DNA of 51,732 nt from Prevotella sp. (lineage in GTDB: Bacteria; Bacteroidota; Bacteroidia; Bacteroidales; Bacteroidaceae). Position numbers and translations under genes: made by a program. Below, in pieces: positions 9,367 to 18,286 of the stretch (positions are counted from its first letter, which is position 1; each line of letters opens with the position of its first letter). Under the pieces are notes generated by a model. It was not told the origin of the DNA. It searched no databases and saw only the letters and a list, made by a program, of their open reading frames with translations. The stretch covers positions 1 through 51,732 of the forward strand of contig JAIJMN010000001.1 in the NCBI GenBank assembly GCA_022735715.1, written 5' to 3'.

Positions 9367-11127
9367 CTATTCCTGCATCGTCACCCCCGTTTTCGAGTTA
9401 TCCAGCGTGGTGAGCACTTCGCGGTCTATCTGCCATACCAGGTGAGGGTCCCAACCATTAAACTTGCTTATCACCTCCAATGGACGGAGCATGAGCTGCT
9501 GCAATGGGGCGAACTGGATTTGCTTTACGAGGAAACGCTCGCGGAGGTCGGTGCCGCCCGATGAAGTAGCGTCGCCTGGGGTGTTGCCTATGAGCTTCGA
9601 GTCCAAGCCCATGGCAAAGAAGATGATGGATGATATTTCCTGAAGCTCGGTCTTCTCGGCTTGTGCTTGCGAGTTGGCCTTGGTCTCAATCTCCACAATC
9701 TCCCACGCCTTGTGCTCCTTACCGTCCAGTCCGGTGAACACGGCAGAGATAAGAGCCTGACCTGCGTTGTCGGGGTTAGACAGCCAGCGGTTGATGTCGG
9801 TGAACACCTCCTGCTGTATCTGAGCCATCGTCTTGCTCTTGTTTTCGCCCTGCTGGGTGTAGAGCTGCTTGAGATATTCCTGATGGATGTAGATCACGCG
9901 ACCGATGATGTTGCTGTTGCGCTTGCGAGTGAGTCGGTCGTCGATGATAGTAAAGGCATACTCAAAGATGCTTCCGGCAAAGATGCTGTGCCACATGGCA
10001 TCGGCATAGTAGGGGCCGCCAAAGTCGCGTGGCGACATGATGAAGCGTGTGGGGCGGTTCTTGCGGCTCACTCGCTGTTGGCGAGCCTCACGCACATGGC
10101 GGTTGAGGTCAGCTACGGCTGTGTCGGCTGCGAGATAAGGCACGGCGGCAATGCGACGGTCGGTTTCGGTGAGCGTCTGGGTGGAGTCGAGCCACTGGTT
10201 AGAGAGGTAGGCATAGTTGATGCGATACTGACTGTCCATGCGCTCCAGTCGGGTGGTGAACACCGAGCGAGGCTTGATGCCGACAATCTTCGGGTTCCAC
10301 TGTGACGTAGGCACGGGGCGACCTTCAGAGTCCAACTGGCGTTGGTTGAGATGCAACTCGCAGAAGCATTGCGACATGAGCGACATATCGCCTGCCATCT
10401 CAAGATAAGTGCGCATAAGGCCGTTGTTCTCGATAAACTCTTGCAGCTCCTTATTGGTGCGCTCCCATTCTTCCAATGCGGCCTTGAGCGACTTCATCTC
10501 TTCGCTGTCCTCATTCTCAGAATTGTTCGCCGATTGAGAGAATTTATTATCCAACTCTGACGTTTGATTTACCGAACGTGACGTTTGGTTTTCCGATTCT
10601 GACATTTGCTTTTCCTTAGCCTTGAGGTCGGCTATCTGTCCGCGGAGCAGGGTGCCAGCCGAAGCATAGGGGATAGACTTCTCGGTGATATTGCCACCGA
10701 CATACTGCGTATAGTGATACTTGGGCGAAGGACCACGGCCTACGAGAATTTTCTTAACGAAATCCACTCCTGCTGCCGGAAAGGGCGACAGCTTGGAGAG
10801 CAGATACACGAGGTTGGGCAGTTGGTTGCCCACGCCCCACTCCATAAATCCCAGTCCAGGCGTACCCACACCTTCGGGTTTGGCTTTGTTCTCGCCGCCC
10901 GACGAACCGAACACGGAGGAAATCTCCCGTCGTGCCGCATTGCCATCCGCTCCGGTCATGGTGGCCGAAGCCGTGAGCTTCTGGTGAACGTACTCGCCCC
11001 ACGAAAACACGTTGCTGCCTCCCTGCTTGGGCGCACAGAACGCGCCAGGCAGAACTGCCTCGTAGCCTTGCGACTGTAGCTCCTCACTACGCTGTTGGAG
11101 CTCGCTGATGTTGCTAACTGTTATCAT
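9367..11127 (-). CDS. Portal protein
   Basis: 586 aa; WGVGNQLP, GGPYYADAMW, SGGTDLRE..QQLMLRPL pattern of Bacteroidota phage portals; preceded by the phage promoter. Confidence 0.75.
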   Translation of the reverse strand: MITVSNISELQQRSEELQSQGYEAVLPGAFCAPKQGGSNVFSWGEYVHQKLTASATMTGADGNAARREISSVFGSSGGENKAKPEGVGTPGLGFMEWGVGNQLPNLVYLLSKLSPFPAAGVDFVKKILVGRGPSPKYHYTQYVGGNITEKSIPYASAGTLLRGQIADLKAKEKQMSESENQTSRSVNQTSELDNKFSQSANNSENEDSEEMKSLKAALEEWERTNKELQEFIENNGLMRTYLEMAGDMSLMSQCFCELHLNQRQLDSEGRPVPTSQWNPKIVGIKPRSVFTTRLERMDSQYRINYAYLSNQWLDSTQTLTETDRRIAAVPYLAADTAVADLNRHVREARQQRVSRKNRPTRFIMSPRDFGGPYYADAMWHSIFAGSIFEYAFTIIDDRLTRKRNSNIIGRVIYIHQEYLKQLYTQQGENKSKTMAQIQQEVFTDINRWLSNPDNAGQALISAVFTGLDGKEHKAWEIVEIETKANSQAQAEKTELQEISSIIFFAMGLDSKLIGNTPGDATSSGGTDLRERFLVKQIQFAPLQQLMLRPLEVISKFNGWDPHLVWQIDREVLTTLDNSKTGVTMQE

Positions 11128-11164
11128 TGTTATGAATATGTGTTTTGTTGAATGTTTTTATGAT

Positions 11165-11201
11165 GCAAATATAGGGAAAGACGGGGAGAGGGGGCGGACA
11201 T
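11165..11201 (-). promoter_or_regulatory. Phage promoter motif ATGTCCGC-N20-TATATTTG
   Basis: Motif copy upstream of portal. Confidence 0.8.
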
Positions 11202-11220
11202 GCTCCGGGAGAGGATAAAC

Positions 11221-11253
11221 AAAAAGCCCTGCTATCCTCACGGACAACAGGAC
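11221..11253 (-). terminator. Rho-independent terminator
   Basis: GTCCTGTTGTCC-GTGA-GGATAGCAGGGC followed by TTTTT on the minus strand. Confidence 0.8.
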
Positions 11254-11316
11254 CATGCCTAAATTTAAATTTGCGAATAAAACATCCAGTCAAAGTATAT
11301 TGTTAGTTGCGTCTGC

Positions 11317-11697
11317 CTACATGTCGTAGTCGCACATTTCGTTGCCCGAGCACATCTCGTAGTTCTCCACGTTCTCAATCACCATATCCTCATTACAGAA
11401 CTGCTTGATAATGATCTTGCGGTTCTTCGGGTCAGGGTGCACGCTGCGGATATTGTTGTTAGAGATCCATATAGGGTGGTTGGCTTCCTTGGTATATACC
11501 ACAAGATACCACGGGCCAGCTTTGTACTGATCCATCACCACGGCGATTTTGGAAGTAAGGAGCGATGAAACCTTGTCAATGGCTTTCTCAATAAACTCCT
11601 CCTTGTCCTTCCGTCCAAACCTGTCGAGCCAAGCGGCGAAGATGGAAAACAGCAGGATGATGAGAATCACGATGAGTGTTGAAAAAATGAAATCCAT
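11317..11697 (-). CDS. Hypothetical membrane-anchored protein
   Basis: 126 aa, N-terminal hydrophobic helix. Confidence 0.7.
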   Translation of the reverse strand: MDFIFSTLIVILIILLFSIFAAWLDRFGRKDKEEFIEKAIDKVSSLLTSKIAVVMDQYKAGPWYLVVYTKEANHPIWISNNNIRSVHPDPKNRKIIIKQFCNEDMVIENVENYEMCSGNEMCDYDM

Positions 11698-11728
11698 AAT
11701 TGTTTTTGTTTAATTGTTATTGTTTATA

Positions 11729-12826
11729 CTAATTTTTATAATTGTTGGTTACTACCCATACGCTTAAGCCGATGTTGAGCAAGAGCATGAAGATAATAAT
11801 AGCCCAATACTCCTTGTTGCTCAGTTCTACCGAGAGATACTTGAAGTCGGAAAACTCCTTTCGTTTCCACTCCTTCTGCACAATCGGTTCGATGTACGAG
11901 GCAAAGGCGCAGAGGTCAAGCCGGTGTGACATAAACCAGTCGCGGCTCTTCACGGCAAGCACGGGCGAGTCGCACCATGAGAAGGCATCGCTCCACATCA
12001 CGCGGTTACGACTGTCAAGGCCTACGCACACCACATGTTCGTTCTTGTTGCCTCCCTGCCAGTAGGAGCGTTGACGGTCGGCAATGGATAGCGGCTTGTT
12101 GCGGTAGAAGAGAAGGTAAAGGCGAAACTCCTTTTTCGGTCCGTATTGGGCGTTGAGCACACGGATGGCTCGCTCCTGACGGGCAGAGAACTTTGCTCCG
12201 ATGATAGGCGACTGGTCGCAAAAACGTATCTTGGGATAGTCGTGCAAACCAAGTCGGCGAGCCTCCTTTTCGCTGATGTCCTCAAACTTAAACACCGAGC
12301 GCGAAGCCTTCACCTTGTTCTCGTATTCATGTTCACGGGTAACGGAATAGAGCGTAGCGGGCTGAGCGTTCCATCGGTATTCATACGCATCGCCATCACG
12401 GGTGTAATAGTGGCGGTGCATATCCACGAACACCGAAGCCACCGACAAGCGACGCTTCATAGCCGAAAAGTCTTCATTGGAACATTTTCGCTCACGTCCC
12501 GAATGGTCGTAGTAGGTCCAACGTTCGGGGTGGTTTACCGTGGTGTAATAGGTTCGGGTGTGACTCTCGCCTTTGTCGTCGGTGTAGGTTTCGGTATGCT
12601 CCTCCTGTTCATTCCACGGCTCATAATAACGTATCTTCGTGACGTAGCTGCCTAAGTATTCTGTGTCACTCGACTCTACGCGCTCAAACGCCCATATCAT
12701 CGCTGCGCCCACAAGGAGCGAGGGGATGATAAGTATGGCATGTTCCCACCATGTTGTTTGCTTGCGGAAGAATATCAGCAACACTGCCGACACAAAGAAG
12801 GGGATGAGAAAAACGAGTAGTTCCAT
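11729..12826 (-). CDS. Membrane protein with large extracytoplasmic domain
   Basis: 365 aa, two N-terminal and one C-terminal TM helices; WQGGNKNE motif; paired with the LemA-like gene. Confidence 0.7.
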   Translation of the reverse strand: MELLVFLIPFFVSAVLLIFFRKQTTWWEHAILIIPSLLVGAAMIWAFERVESSDTEYLGSYVTKIRYYEPWNEQEEHTETYTDDKGESHTRTYYTTVNHPERWTYYDHSGRERKCSNEDFSAMKRRLSVASVFVDMHRHYYTRDGDAYEYRWNAQPATLYSVTREHEYENKVKASRSVFKFEDISEKEARRLGLHDYPKIRFCDQSPIIGAKFSARQERAIRVLNAQYGPKKEFRLYLLFYRNKPLSIADRQRSYWQGGNKNEHVVCVGLDSRNRVMWSDAFSWCDSPVLAVKSRDWFMSHRLDLCAFASYIEPIVQKEWKRKEFSDFKYLSVELSNKEYWAIIIFMLLLNIGLSVWVVTNNYKN

Positions 12827-12832
12827 ACGCTT

Positions 12833-13384
12833 TTACTCTTTCTTGCCGAACAGATTCACGTCATTGTCTTCGCCTTCCGACATCACTTCCTTGGAGCGCG
12901 ACGACGAAATGACCTTATACTCGATAGGCATGGTGTTCGACACAAACCATCGGGCAGGGTAGGTGCGAGTAAGCGTTTCGTGTTCGCGGATGATGTCAAG
13001 CATACGTTCCTGAGAGGTCTGAAACTCGGTGCGCTGTATCTCGATGGTCTGCATGAGGTCGCGGTAGAGCGATACATCAAAGTTGGGGTTGCTCTCCTTT
13101 ATCCACTTCATCATCGTACCCTTGTCGTTCTGATAGCGTCCGGCAATAAGCTGCGGATAAATCTTCTCGAAGGTCTGCTTATACTCGTCGGTGACCTGCG
13201 CCTTCTGCTGAATGATTTTCCACATCTTGTCGTGAACACCATCAATCTTTCCACGCTGCGCTTCGGCTTGCTGGCGAAGGGCAATCTCACGGTTGTTATA
13301 ACTAAAGTAGGTGGCTACCAGCGAGCCGATAACAATGGCAACCACAAGTAGTAGGGATGCCATAACAATTTTCTTTGTTTTCAT
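12833..13384 (-). CDS. LemA-like membrane-anchored helical protein
   Basis: N-terminal TM helix followed by YNN...coiled helices and a ...TYPARWFV C-terminal pattern resembling LemA. Confidence 0.5.
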   Translation of the reverse strand: MKTKKIVMASLLLVVAIVIGSLVATYFSYNNREIALRQQAEAQRGKIDGVHDKMWKIIQQKAQVTDEYKQTFEKIYPQLIAGRYQNDKGTMMKWIKESNPNFDVSLYRDLMQTIEIQRTEFQTSQERMLDIIREHETLTRTYPARWFVSNTMPIEYKVISSSRSKEVMSEGEDNDVNLFGKKE

Positions 13385-13553
13385 AAATTACATTGTTTAT
13401 TTGTCTATAAATTCTCAAAAAGATGTGCAGTGGTTGAGTTTTCCTTCTCCTCGCTCGTCTGCACCAAAACCCGTTAAATACGTTGGACGGAGTGGCGACA
13501 TGCGGTACACTGAGTACGGTCCCTTGGCCTTCGGGATGAGTTGTTTTGTTTGG

Positions 13554-13907
13554 CTACAGCCGTTTGAGAAGCGTGCAGCATCGGTAATCGAACGCCTTCC
13601 CTTCGTAGCCCAACCTTTCATACCATTGCAACACCCACGGTGGAGAGTCGCGTCCGTCCCACGATATTGCGACGGTCGCTATGCCGCAACGCTTCAGCTC
13701 CCTTTCGGCTGCCTCCATCAGGAGTTTTGCCACTCCACGGCCACGGTGCCGTTCGCCCACCCACAGCGAATAGATGAGAGCGCCAGCTTCGCCATCCAAG
13801 GGATTGTCTTCGGTGCGCTTGGGGATGAACACCTGTATGCTGCCATGATGCTGCTCGTCGGTAATGAGTATGCGAGTGGAATCTTCCCAATGTTGATGTT
13901 GTATCAT
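13554..13907 (-). CDS. GNAT acetyltransferase
   Basis: LWVGERHRGRGVAKLLM acetyl-CoA motif A and WYERLGY; start set at ATG 13907 after an A-rich leader. Confidence 0.85.
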   Translation of the reverse strand: MIQHQHWEDSTRILITDEQHHGSIQVFIPKRTEDNPLDGEAGALIYSLWVGERHRGRGVAKLLMEAAERELKRCGIATVAISWDGRDSPPWVLQWYERLGYEGKAFDYRCCTLLKRL

Positions 13908-13989
13908 AGATGAAATGTTGTTTTTGTTTGTCACCAGACGAAACAAATGAAAACGATGTTAGTCTCATTCGTATCATTCAGTGATATGT

Positions 13990-14026
13990 GCAAAGATAGG
14001 TGTTGTCGGCGATATGGTGCGGACAT
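13990..14026 (-). promoter_or_regulatory. Phage promoter motif ATGTCCGC-N20-TATCTTTG
   Basis: Motif copy upstream of GNAT. Confidence 0.8.
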
Positions 14027-14028
14027 TC

Positions 14029-14193
14029 TTACAGCTCCACCAATACCTTAATCTCTTGGTTCCCTCCCCCTTGTGTATGCAGCGTGGGCGATATTCCCTT
14101 TGCGGAATACACACGGCGGCTCTGCTCAAACATGCGGTCGTAGGGTGTGGTGAGCAGGAGACCGAGGCAGAGGGTGTGAATGGGGCTATTCAT
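14029..14193 (-). CDS. Stand-alone C5-MTase TRD-like peptide T13 (54 aa)
   Basis: MNSPIHTLCLG...FEQSRRVYSAKGISPTLHTQGGGNQEIKVLVEL; RVYS..GISPTL.T..GG..E.K pattern of phage MTase variable regions; ATG overlaps the upstream stop. Confidence 0.75.
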   Translation of the reverse strand: MNSPIHTLCLGLLLTTPYDRMFEQSRRVYSAKGISPTLHTQGGGNQEIKVLVEL

Positions 14194-15004
14194 CGGTTGC
14201 CATTCTTTCGTGTGCGTCATGTTCCTTTTTTTTGTCGTAAAGATAAGCACACACCAAGAAATCCATGTCGAACACATTCGCTTTCATAAAGTGAGGGCAG
14301 GTGCGACACTCTTCTTCTCCAATCTTTCGCTTGGTCTTTTGGAGGGATTTATATTTATACTTACATTCCTGTCCCATTTCAATGGGCTCGGCTGACTTAA
14401 AGCGATTTATGAACGCCTCTTGCTCGTCTCTTTTCTTTCGCGAATCCTCTTTGAGACTTTCGATTGTCTTAAACCTTTCGTTCAGTTCATTATACATCCG
14501 TTCTAAGTTTCTGTTTTCAGCCGCAAGTATCTTGTTGTCCTTTTCCAACGCCTCGCATTTATCCAAGGCTTCAGTCAGTTCACCAAGAGTGTAGCCTTCT
14601 GTATTAGGTTCATGTTTTTCCTTTCCGCGCAACTGGCGTACCACGTTGTTGTAGTCGTCCGTGAGCTGATGCACGCGCTCCGTCATCATCATGTTCTCTG
14701 CCTTCAAGTCGGCGATGATATAGGCCAATACCTCCATACGGTTGTTTTTAGGCAGATTTACATACTTGCATACTGCCAGATTTCTCTCCATATACTTGCG
14801 CTGTTCGTCGGTGGCAGGGACATAGGCTTCGGCTGTGTGTGTACCTATGCGATAGGGTGGAGGTACGGTCTTGAATATATTTTGCATGTCGGTGTATGCC
14901 GAACATTTAACCACTCCGTCTTCATCTACTCGAGCCACCTTTACCAACAAATTTCGCTCTTTTTCGTAAAGGATGTCACCAGGGTTAATTTCTTCTGTTT
15001 TCAT
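14186..15004 (-). CDS. Hypothetical coiled-coil protein with C-terminal Cys cluster
   Basis: 272-aa ORF. Confidence 0.7.
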   Translation of the reverse strand: MKTEEINPGDILYEKERNLLVKVARVDEDGVVKCSAYTDMQNIFKTVPPPYRIGTHTAEAYVPATDEQRKYMERNLAVCKYVNLPKNNRMEVLAYIIADLKAENMMMTERVHQLTDDYNNVVRQLRGKEKHEPNTEGYTLGELTEALDKCEALEKDNKILAAENRNLERMYNELNERFKTIESLKEDSRKKRDEQEAFINRFKSAEPIEMGQECKYKYKSLQKTKRKIGEEECRTCPHFMKANVFDMDFLVCAYLYDKKKEHDAHERMATDE

Positions 15005-15030
15005 TGTCTCTATTGTTTTACGGTTTTTTT

Positions 15031-15198
15031 TTAATTATTCAACATACTCATTAATGCCGCAGCCCTTCGCTTGTCGGTAAATCCTTTGATGTTTACCCAC
15101 TTGCCGAAGATACAGTCTCCGACATATTTCTGAACCATATATACGGCCACAGGGATGCAACCTGTATAGACCTCCATGGAAATTATTCTTAATTTCAT
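15031..15198 (-). CDS. Small hypothetical protein (55 aa)
   Basis: Manual translation MKLRIISMEVYTGCIPVAVYMVQKYVGDCIFGKWVNIKGF...; fills the operon gap. Confidence 0.6.
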   Translation of the reverse strand: MKLRIISMEVYTGCIPVAVYMVQKYVGDCIFGKWVNIKGFTDKRRAAALMSMLNN

Positions 15199-15201
15199 CT
15201 C

Positions 15202-15381
15202 TTATTCAAATTTATATACTATATGCGGTGTAGTGTTGCCCAGTCCGTCGCGAGGGTCGGCAATACCTCTTCCGACCATTGTCGTCACGGCATTGGCTAT
15301 CCGCTTGCGCGGTCGACTCTTTACGAAGCCCTTGCCGTCCTTGCCGCTGCGCACCCAGCCGATGTAATACTTGTCAGTCAT
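15202..15381 (-). CDS. TRD-like peptide T12 (59 aa)
   Basis: MTDKYYIGWVRSGKDGKGFVKSRPRKRIANAVTTMVGRGIADPRDGLGNTTPHIVYKFE. Confidence 0.7.
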   Translation of the reverse strand: MTDKYYIGWVRSGKDGKGFVKSRPRKRIANAVTTMVGRGIADPRDGLGNTTPHIVYKFE

Positions 15382-15517
15382 ACTCTATCAATACAATGGT
15401 GTGCTGTCCGTGCTCGTCGTAGAGTCCTGCCCATCCGTCGTAGCGTGCGGACAGGGCGGTGGAGTACCCCCGACGTGGGCAGAGCTGGGATGTGCGTTGC
15501 ACAAAAGGAATTTTCAT
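15374..15517 (-). CDS. TRD-like peptide T11 (47 aa)
   Basis: MKIPFVQRTSQLCPRRGYSTALSARYDGWAGLYDEHGQHTIVLIEYD; TAATG overlap upstream, IEYD/ATG overlap downstream. Confidence 0.7.
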   Translation of the reverse strand: MKIPFVQRTSQLCPRRGYSTALSARYDGWAGLYDEHGQHTIVLIEYD

Positions 15518-15711
15518 TACCAACAATCAGGATTAAGATCTCTGCCATTAACACCTTCAATATCAATGGCGTTTTTGTAACTGTAAAAACAAACATCTAA
15601 AATCTCGTCGTCATTGACTGTTACTTCCAATTCGCCATGTTCTTTACGCAAAAGCTCAAGGCGGTTTATAAGTTCGTTTATATTCATATTCTTTTCTTTA
15701 TAGATATTCAA
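15517..15711 (-). CDS. Small hypothetical protein
   Basis: MNINELINRLELLRKEHGELEV..., a common small phage protein pattern; not TRD-like. Confidence 0.6.
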   Translation of the reverse strand: MNIYKEKNMNINELINRLELLRKEHGELEVTVNDDEILDVCFYSYKNAIDIEGVNGRDLNPDCW

Positions 15712-15850
15712 TATATGCCATATTATCCTTGCCTACTGACGTAAGCGTGTTGGTTGTCCCCCCCCCGTTTATCTCCATGCGCTGAATGTTGGGCAATCGT
15801 TCACCATTCAAAGGGCGGCCACGAAAGGCTGCAATTCTTATTCGTAGCAT
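15698..15850 (-). CDS. TRD-like peptide T10 (50 aa, G9 tract in frame)
   Basis: MLRIRIAAFRGRPLNGERLPNIQRMEINGGGTTNTLTSVGKDNMAYIEYL; RGR...QRLE...TNTLTSV.KDN pattern. Confidence 0.8.
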   Translation of the reverse strand: MLRIRIAAFRGRPLNGERLPNIQRMEINGGGTTNTLTSVGKDNMAYIEYL

Positions 15851-16014
15851 ATTGCTATCAGATTGTCTGTAGTGAGAAACGTTCCTATACATTGCATCAT
15901 ACGTCCCTGCCGCAGATGCCATTCCTTATCGCGAAAATCGTTAGTGCCGGTTCTGTGGCGCACGGCTTTTGCGTGCTCGGTTCGGGCTTCGTGTATCAGA
16001 TGAATGTTACGCAT
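15838..16014 (-). CDS. TRD-like peptide T9 (58 aa)
   Basis: MRNIHLIHEARTEHAKAVRHRTGTNDFRDKEWHLRQGRMMQCIGTFLTTDNLIAICYE; paralogous to T8. Confidence 0.7.
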   Translation of the reverse strand: MRNIHLIHEARTEHAKAVRHRTGTNDFRDKEWHLRQGRMMQCIGTFLTTDNLIAICYE

Positions 16015-16178
16015 AGGAGGTTGTCTTTGGTTGCTGTGCTGATGGTGTTGCTCCACGGCCACGGACTGGGACGATGCAGCTTGTCTTGGTATTTACACCC
16101 TCCCCGGTCTCCATGCTCACGGCGGAAGGCTTTTGCTTCCTCGGTGCGGTAGTGGACGAGGACGGAACGGTCAATCAT
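15996..16178 (-). CDS. TRD-like peptide T8 (60 aa)
   Basis: RTEEAKAFRR...SNTISTATKDNLL pattern. Confidence 0.75.
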   Translation of the reverse strand: MIDRSVLVHYRTEEAKAFRREHGDRGGCKYQDKLHRPSPWPWSNTISTATKDNLLCVTFI

Positions 16179-16323
16179 ACTCTATCAATATTTTCGGTTT
16201 ATCCACGTCGTGCCCCTTACCTCCCCCAGCAATACACAGGGCTATGCCGTGTGGTGACACAATGATGCCGTTCTGCGAGGGGCTGTAAGTGCCGAGGATG
16301 ATGGGGCGAGGGTTGTTATTCAT
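16171..16323 (-). CDS. TRD-like peptide T7 (50 aa)
   Basis: MNNNPRPIILGTYSPSQNGIIVSPHGIALCIAGGGKGHDVDKPKILIEYD. Confidence 0.75.
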   Translation of the reverse strand: MNNNPRPIILGTYSPSQNGIIVSPHGIALCIAGGGKGHDVDKPKILIEYD

Positions 16324-16462
16324 ATATCACGATTACGCCAGTGGCTTTAAAGTTGGCTCCATCAAGCGAAAGGTCAAGCACATTCGCTACTCCCATTTTG
16401 AAATATTGGGATTTGATAGTGCGAGACGTGCCGTCGGATTCGGTATTGAAAGGGAGTGTCAT
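16316..16462 (-). CDS. TRD-like peptide T6 (48 aa)
   Basis: MTLPFNTESDGTSRTIKSQYFKMGVANVLDLSLDGANFKATGVIVIYE; ATGA overlap with the MTase stop. Confidence 0.8.
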   Translation of the reverse strand: MTLPFNTESDGTSRTIKSQYFKMGVANVLDLSLDGANFKATGVIVIYE

Positions 16463-17766
16463 TTTTTCCTCTTCATATTCTCCTTAAACAATTCCTCAAA
16501 ACCTTCGCAAGGGAAAGTATGGCATTCGCTGAAACTTGCGAAATCGCTGTTTAATACATCTCGCTCGTTCTCGATACAATCGTGCAGTTCGTCCAACTCC
16601 ATATTCCACCCGTTGAGAGTGTTCATGCGCAGCGTGAGCCATGTCTTGAGGAACATTGCCGCCTCGTGTGTCGGTGGCAGATCAAACTGAAGGAATAAGG
16701 CATTGTCAGAATCGTTCGCCTTAAGGAACTTGCTCACGGCATCGTCCTTGAGGAAATAGCGGTCGGGCGCTTCTTCTTCGAGCACGTCTTCCAGTCGGGT
16801 GCGCAGCTCGAAAGGTTCGGGAAACTGATAGTCGAAGGCTACGTCCTGGCGCATGGAGATGCAGAACACTCTGTCGCGGTTCTGCGGCACACCGTAGTTC
16901 TTGGCGTTGAGTCGCGCCCAACGGCTCACATAGCCGAGCGACGAGAGTTTGTCGAGCCATTTCTGGAAGTCGGGCATGAACTTCTGGCTAACCAATGCCG
17001 CCACGTTCTCCTGCAAGAGATATTTGGGGCGCAGCACCTCCACGGCATCTGCCACACGCCACAGCAGGGCACTTCGGGTGTCGCTGCCCTCCTGAAGACC
17101 CATCTGCTTGCCGGCTTGCGAGATGTCCTGACAGGGAGAGGAATAGGTGAAGAGGTCCACTTCGCGTCCTTGGAGCGAGCTTTTTACCTCGTGCCAGTCT
17201 ATTTTGGTGATGTCGCCCAAGGCGCAGTCGGCAAACTGAGGGAAGACAAGGTTGTGCATCTGACAGGCGTATTTGTCAATGTCGCTCCATCCCTTGCACG
17301 TCCAACGGAAGTCGGGATGCCACTCGCGTAGCACGTCGGCTGCCATGAGCTGCGAGTCGTAGCCGGAGAACGTGGTGAGGAATATCTTCTCCTCGTTCTT
17401 GTTGGCTGCGGTGGTAGGCAGGTCGGGCAACGTGTCTTCGAGGTCGTCGAAGAGCGAAAGTTGTTCGCCTGGGCGAGGCTTAGGTGGTGCGGGGTAGAAA
17501 AGCTGCTCGTAGATGTGGGCCAACACGTCCACCACAATGCTATTTCCTGCTTGCTTGTACTGTTGTGAGGCAGATATGGCCATGTCTTCGGGTTTGCCCT
17601 TGCCCTTCCAGTCGAGCAGTCGTTCGGCTGCTTGGGCATTGCTGCTCTGCATCGTGCCGATTACGTTGTCGCGAACGCCCATCAGTCGGAAACACTCCTT
17701 GGGCGTGAGCTTGCGGATGGCATAACTCTTGATAGTGCGGTCGGTGAAGTTGAGTTTTGTGATCAT
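16459..17766 (-). CDS. Circularly permuted DNA (cytosine-5) methyltransferase lacking an obvious TRD
   Basis: N-terminal motif IX (IRKLTPKECFRLMG) and X (QYKQAGNSIVVDVL), then I (FSGYD), IV (SPCQDIS), VI (ENV), VIII (QNRDRVF). Start placed at ATG 17766 (MITKLNF). Confidence 0.9.
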   Translation of the reverse strand: MITKLNFTDRTIKSYAIRKLTPKECFRLMGVRDNVIGTMQSSNAQAAERLLDWKGKGKPEDMAISASQQYKQAGNSIVVDVLAHIYEQLFYPAPPKPRPGEQLSLFDDLEDTLPDLPTTAANKNEEKIFLTTFSGYDSQLMAADVLREWHPDFRWTCKGWSDIDKYACQMHNLVFPQFADCALGDITKIDWHEVKSSLQGREVDLFTYSSPCQDISQAGKQMGLQEGSDTRSALLWRVADAVEVLRPKYLLQENVAALVSQKFMPDFQKWLDKLSSLGYVSRWARLNAKNYGVPQNRDRVFCISMRQDVAFDYQFPEPFELRTRLEDVLEEEAPDRYFLKDDAVSKFLKANDSDNALFLQFDLPPTHEAAMFLKTWLTLRMNTLNGWNMELDELHDCIENERDVLNSDFASFSECHTFPCEGFEELFKENMKRKK

Positions 17767-17789
17767 ATAGTTGCAGTTTTTATTCGTAT

Positions 17790-18026
17790 TCAATCATAAC
17801 GCCAGTCCTCGGGTTTTATAAAACCCAACTCCTTCTGTAACTTCTCAAGAGATTCTATATTCTGTCGTCTACATTTTACAGCCTTAGCGTTACTGAATCC
17901 TTTGTACCAATGTTTGAAGTCTTCCCAAGCACTGTTTCCGTTTGTCACATTTACCTTTTTATCCATGATTATATTGTTGTTTTGTTTAATGGGTTGGATG
18001 TGGCAATCAATCTTGATGTTATTCAT
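17790..18026 (-). CDS. Small hypothetical protein, apparently inserted into a TRD cassette
   Basis: Likely start MDKK near 17966; a TRD-type tail TGVMIEYE* persists in another frame at about 17780-17806. Confidence 0.5.
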   Translation of the reverse strand: MNNIKIDCHIQPIKQNNNIIMDKKVNVTNGNSAWEDFKHWYKGFSNAKAVKCRRQNIESLEKLQKELGFIKPEDWRYD

Positions 18027-18161
18027 ATTCTATCAAAATTGCCCCCCAGTTGTGCCATAATCGCCCAGCAGAAGTGTGCGTGAGCCGAACTTGTAATATC
18101 CGGCAAGGACGGTCGGGGCGCAATGGTCGCGGTCGGTGTTTAAGAGTTGGATGTTAGTCAT
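18019..18161 (-). pseudogene. TRD-like peptide T5, out of frame at a G6 tract (phase OFF?)
   Basis: MTNIQLLNTDRDHCAPTVLAGYYKFGSRTLLLGDYGTTGG then QF*; one extra G at 18042-18047 restores AILIEYE*. Confidence 0.75.
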
Positions 18162-18285
18162 ATTCTTCAATCAAAAATACATTTTGCTGAAACGAGTTGA
18201 TTGTTATGGTTGGGCAAACGTCTGTGCCTAATTTACCTCCATCGTTATTGCCACGAGGATATTGGTAGAAGTCAAGATTAGTCAT
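18154..18285 (-). CDS. TRD-like peptide T4 (43 aa)
   Basis: MTNLDFYQYPRGNNDGGKLGTDVCPTITINSFQQNVFLIEEYD; PRG.N.GG...CPTIT.NS pattern. Confidence 0.8.
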   Translation of the reverse strand: MTNLDFYQYPRGNNDGGKLGTDVCPTITINSFQQNVFLIEEYD

Positions 18286-18286
18286 A

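Noticed and set aside
15439..15453. TGTCCGC match inside cassette T11
   Set aside because: No TAnnTTTG box 20 nt downstream; likely a chance match in coding sequence.
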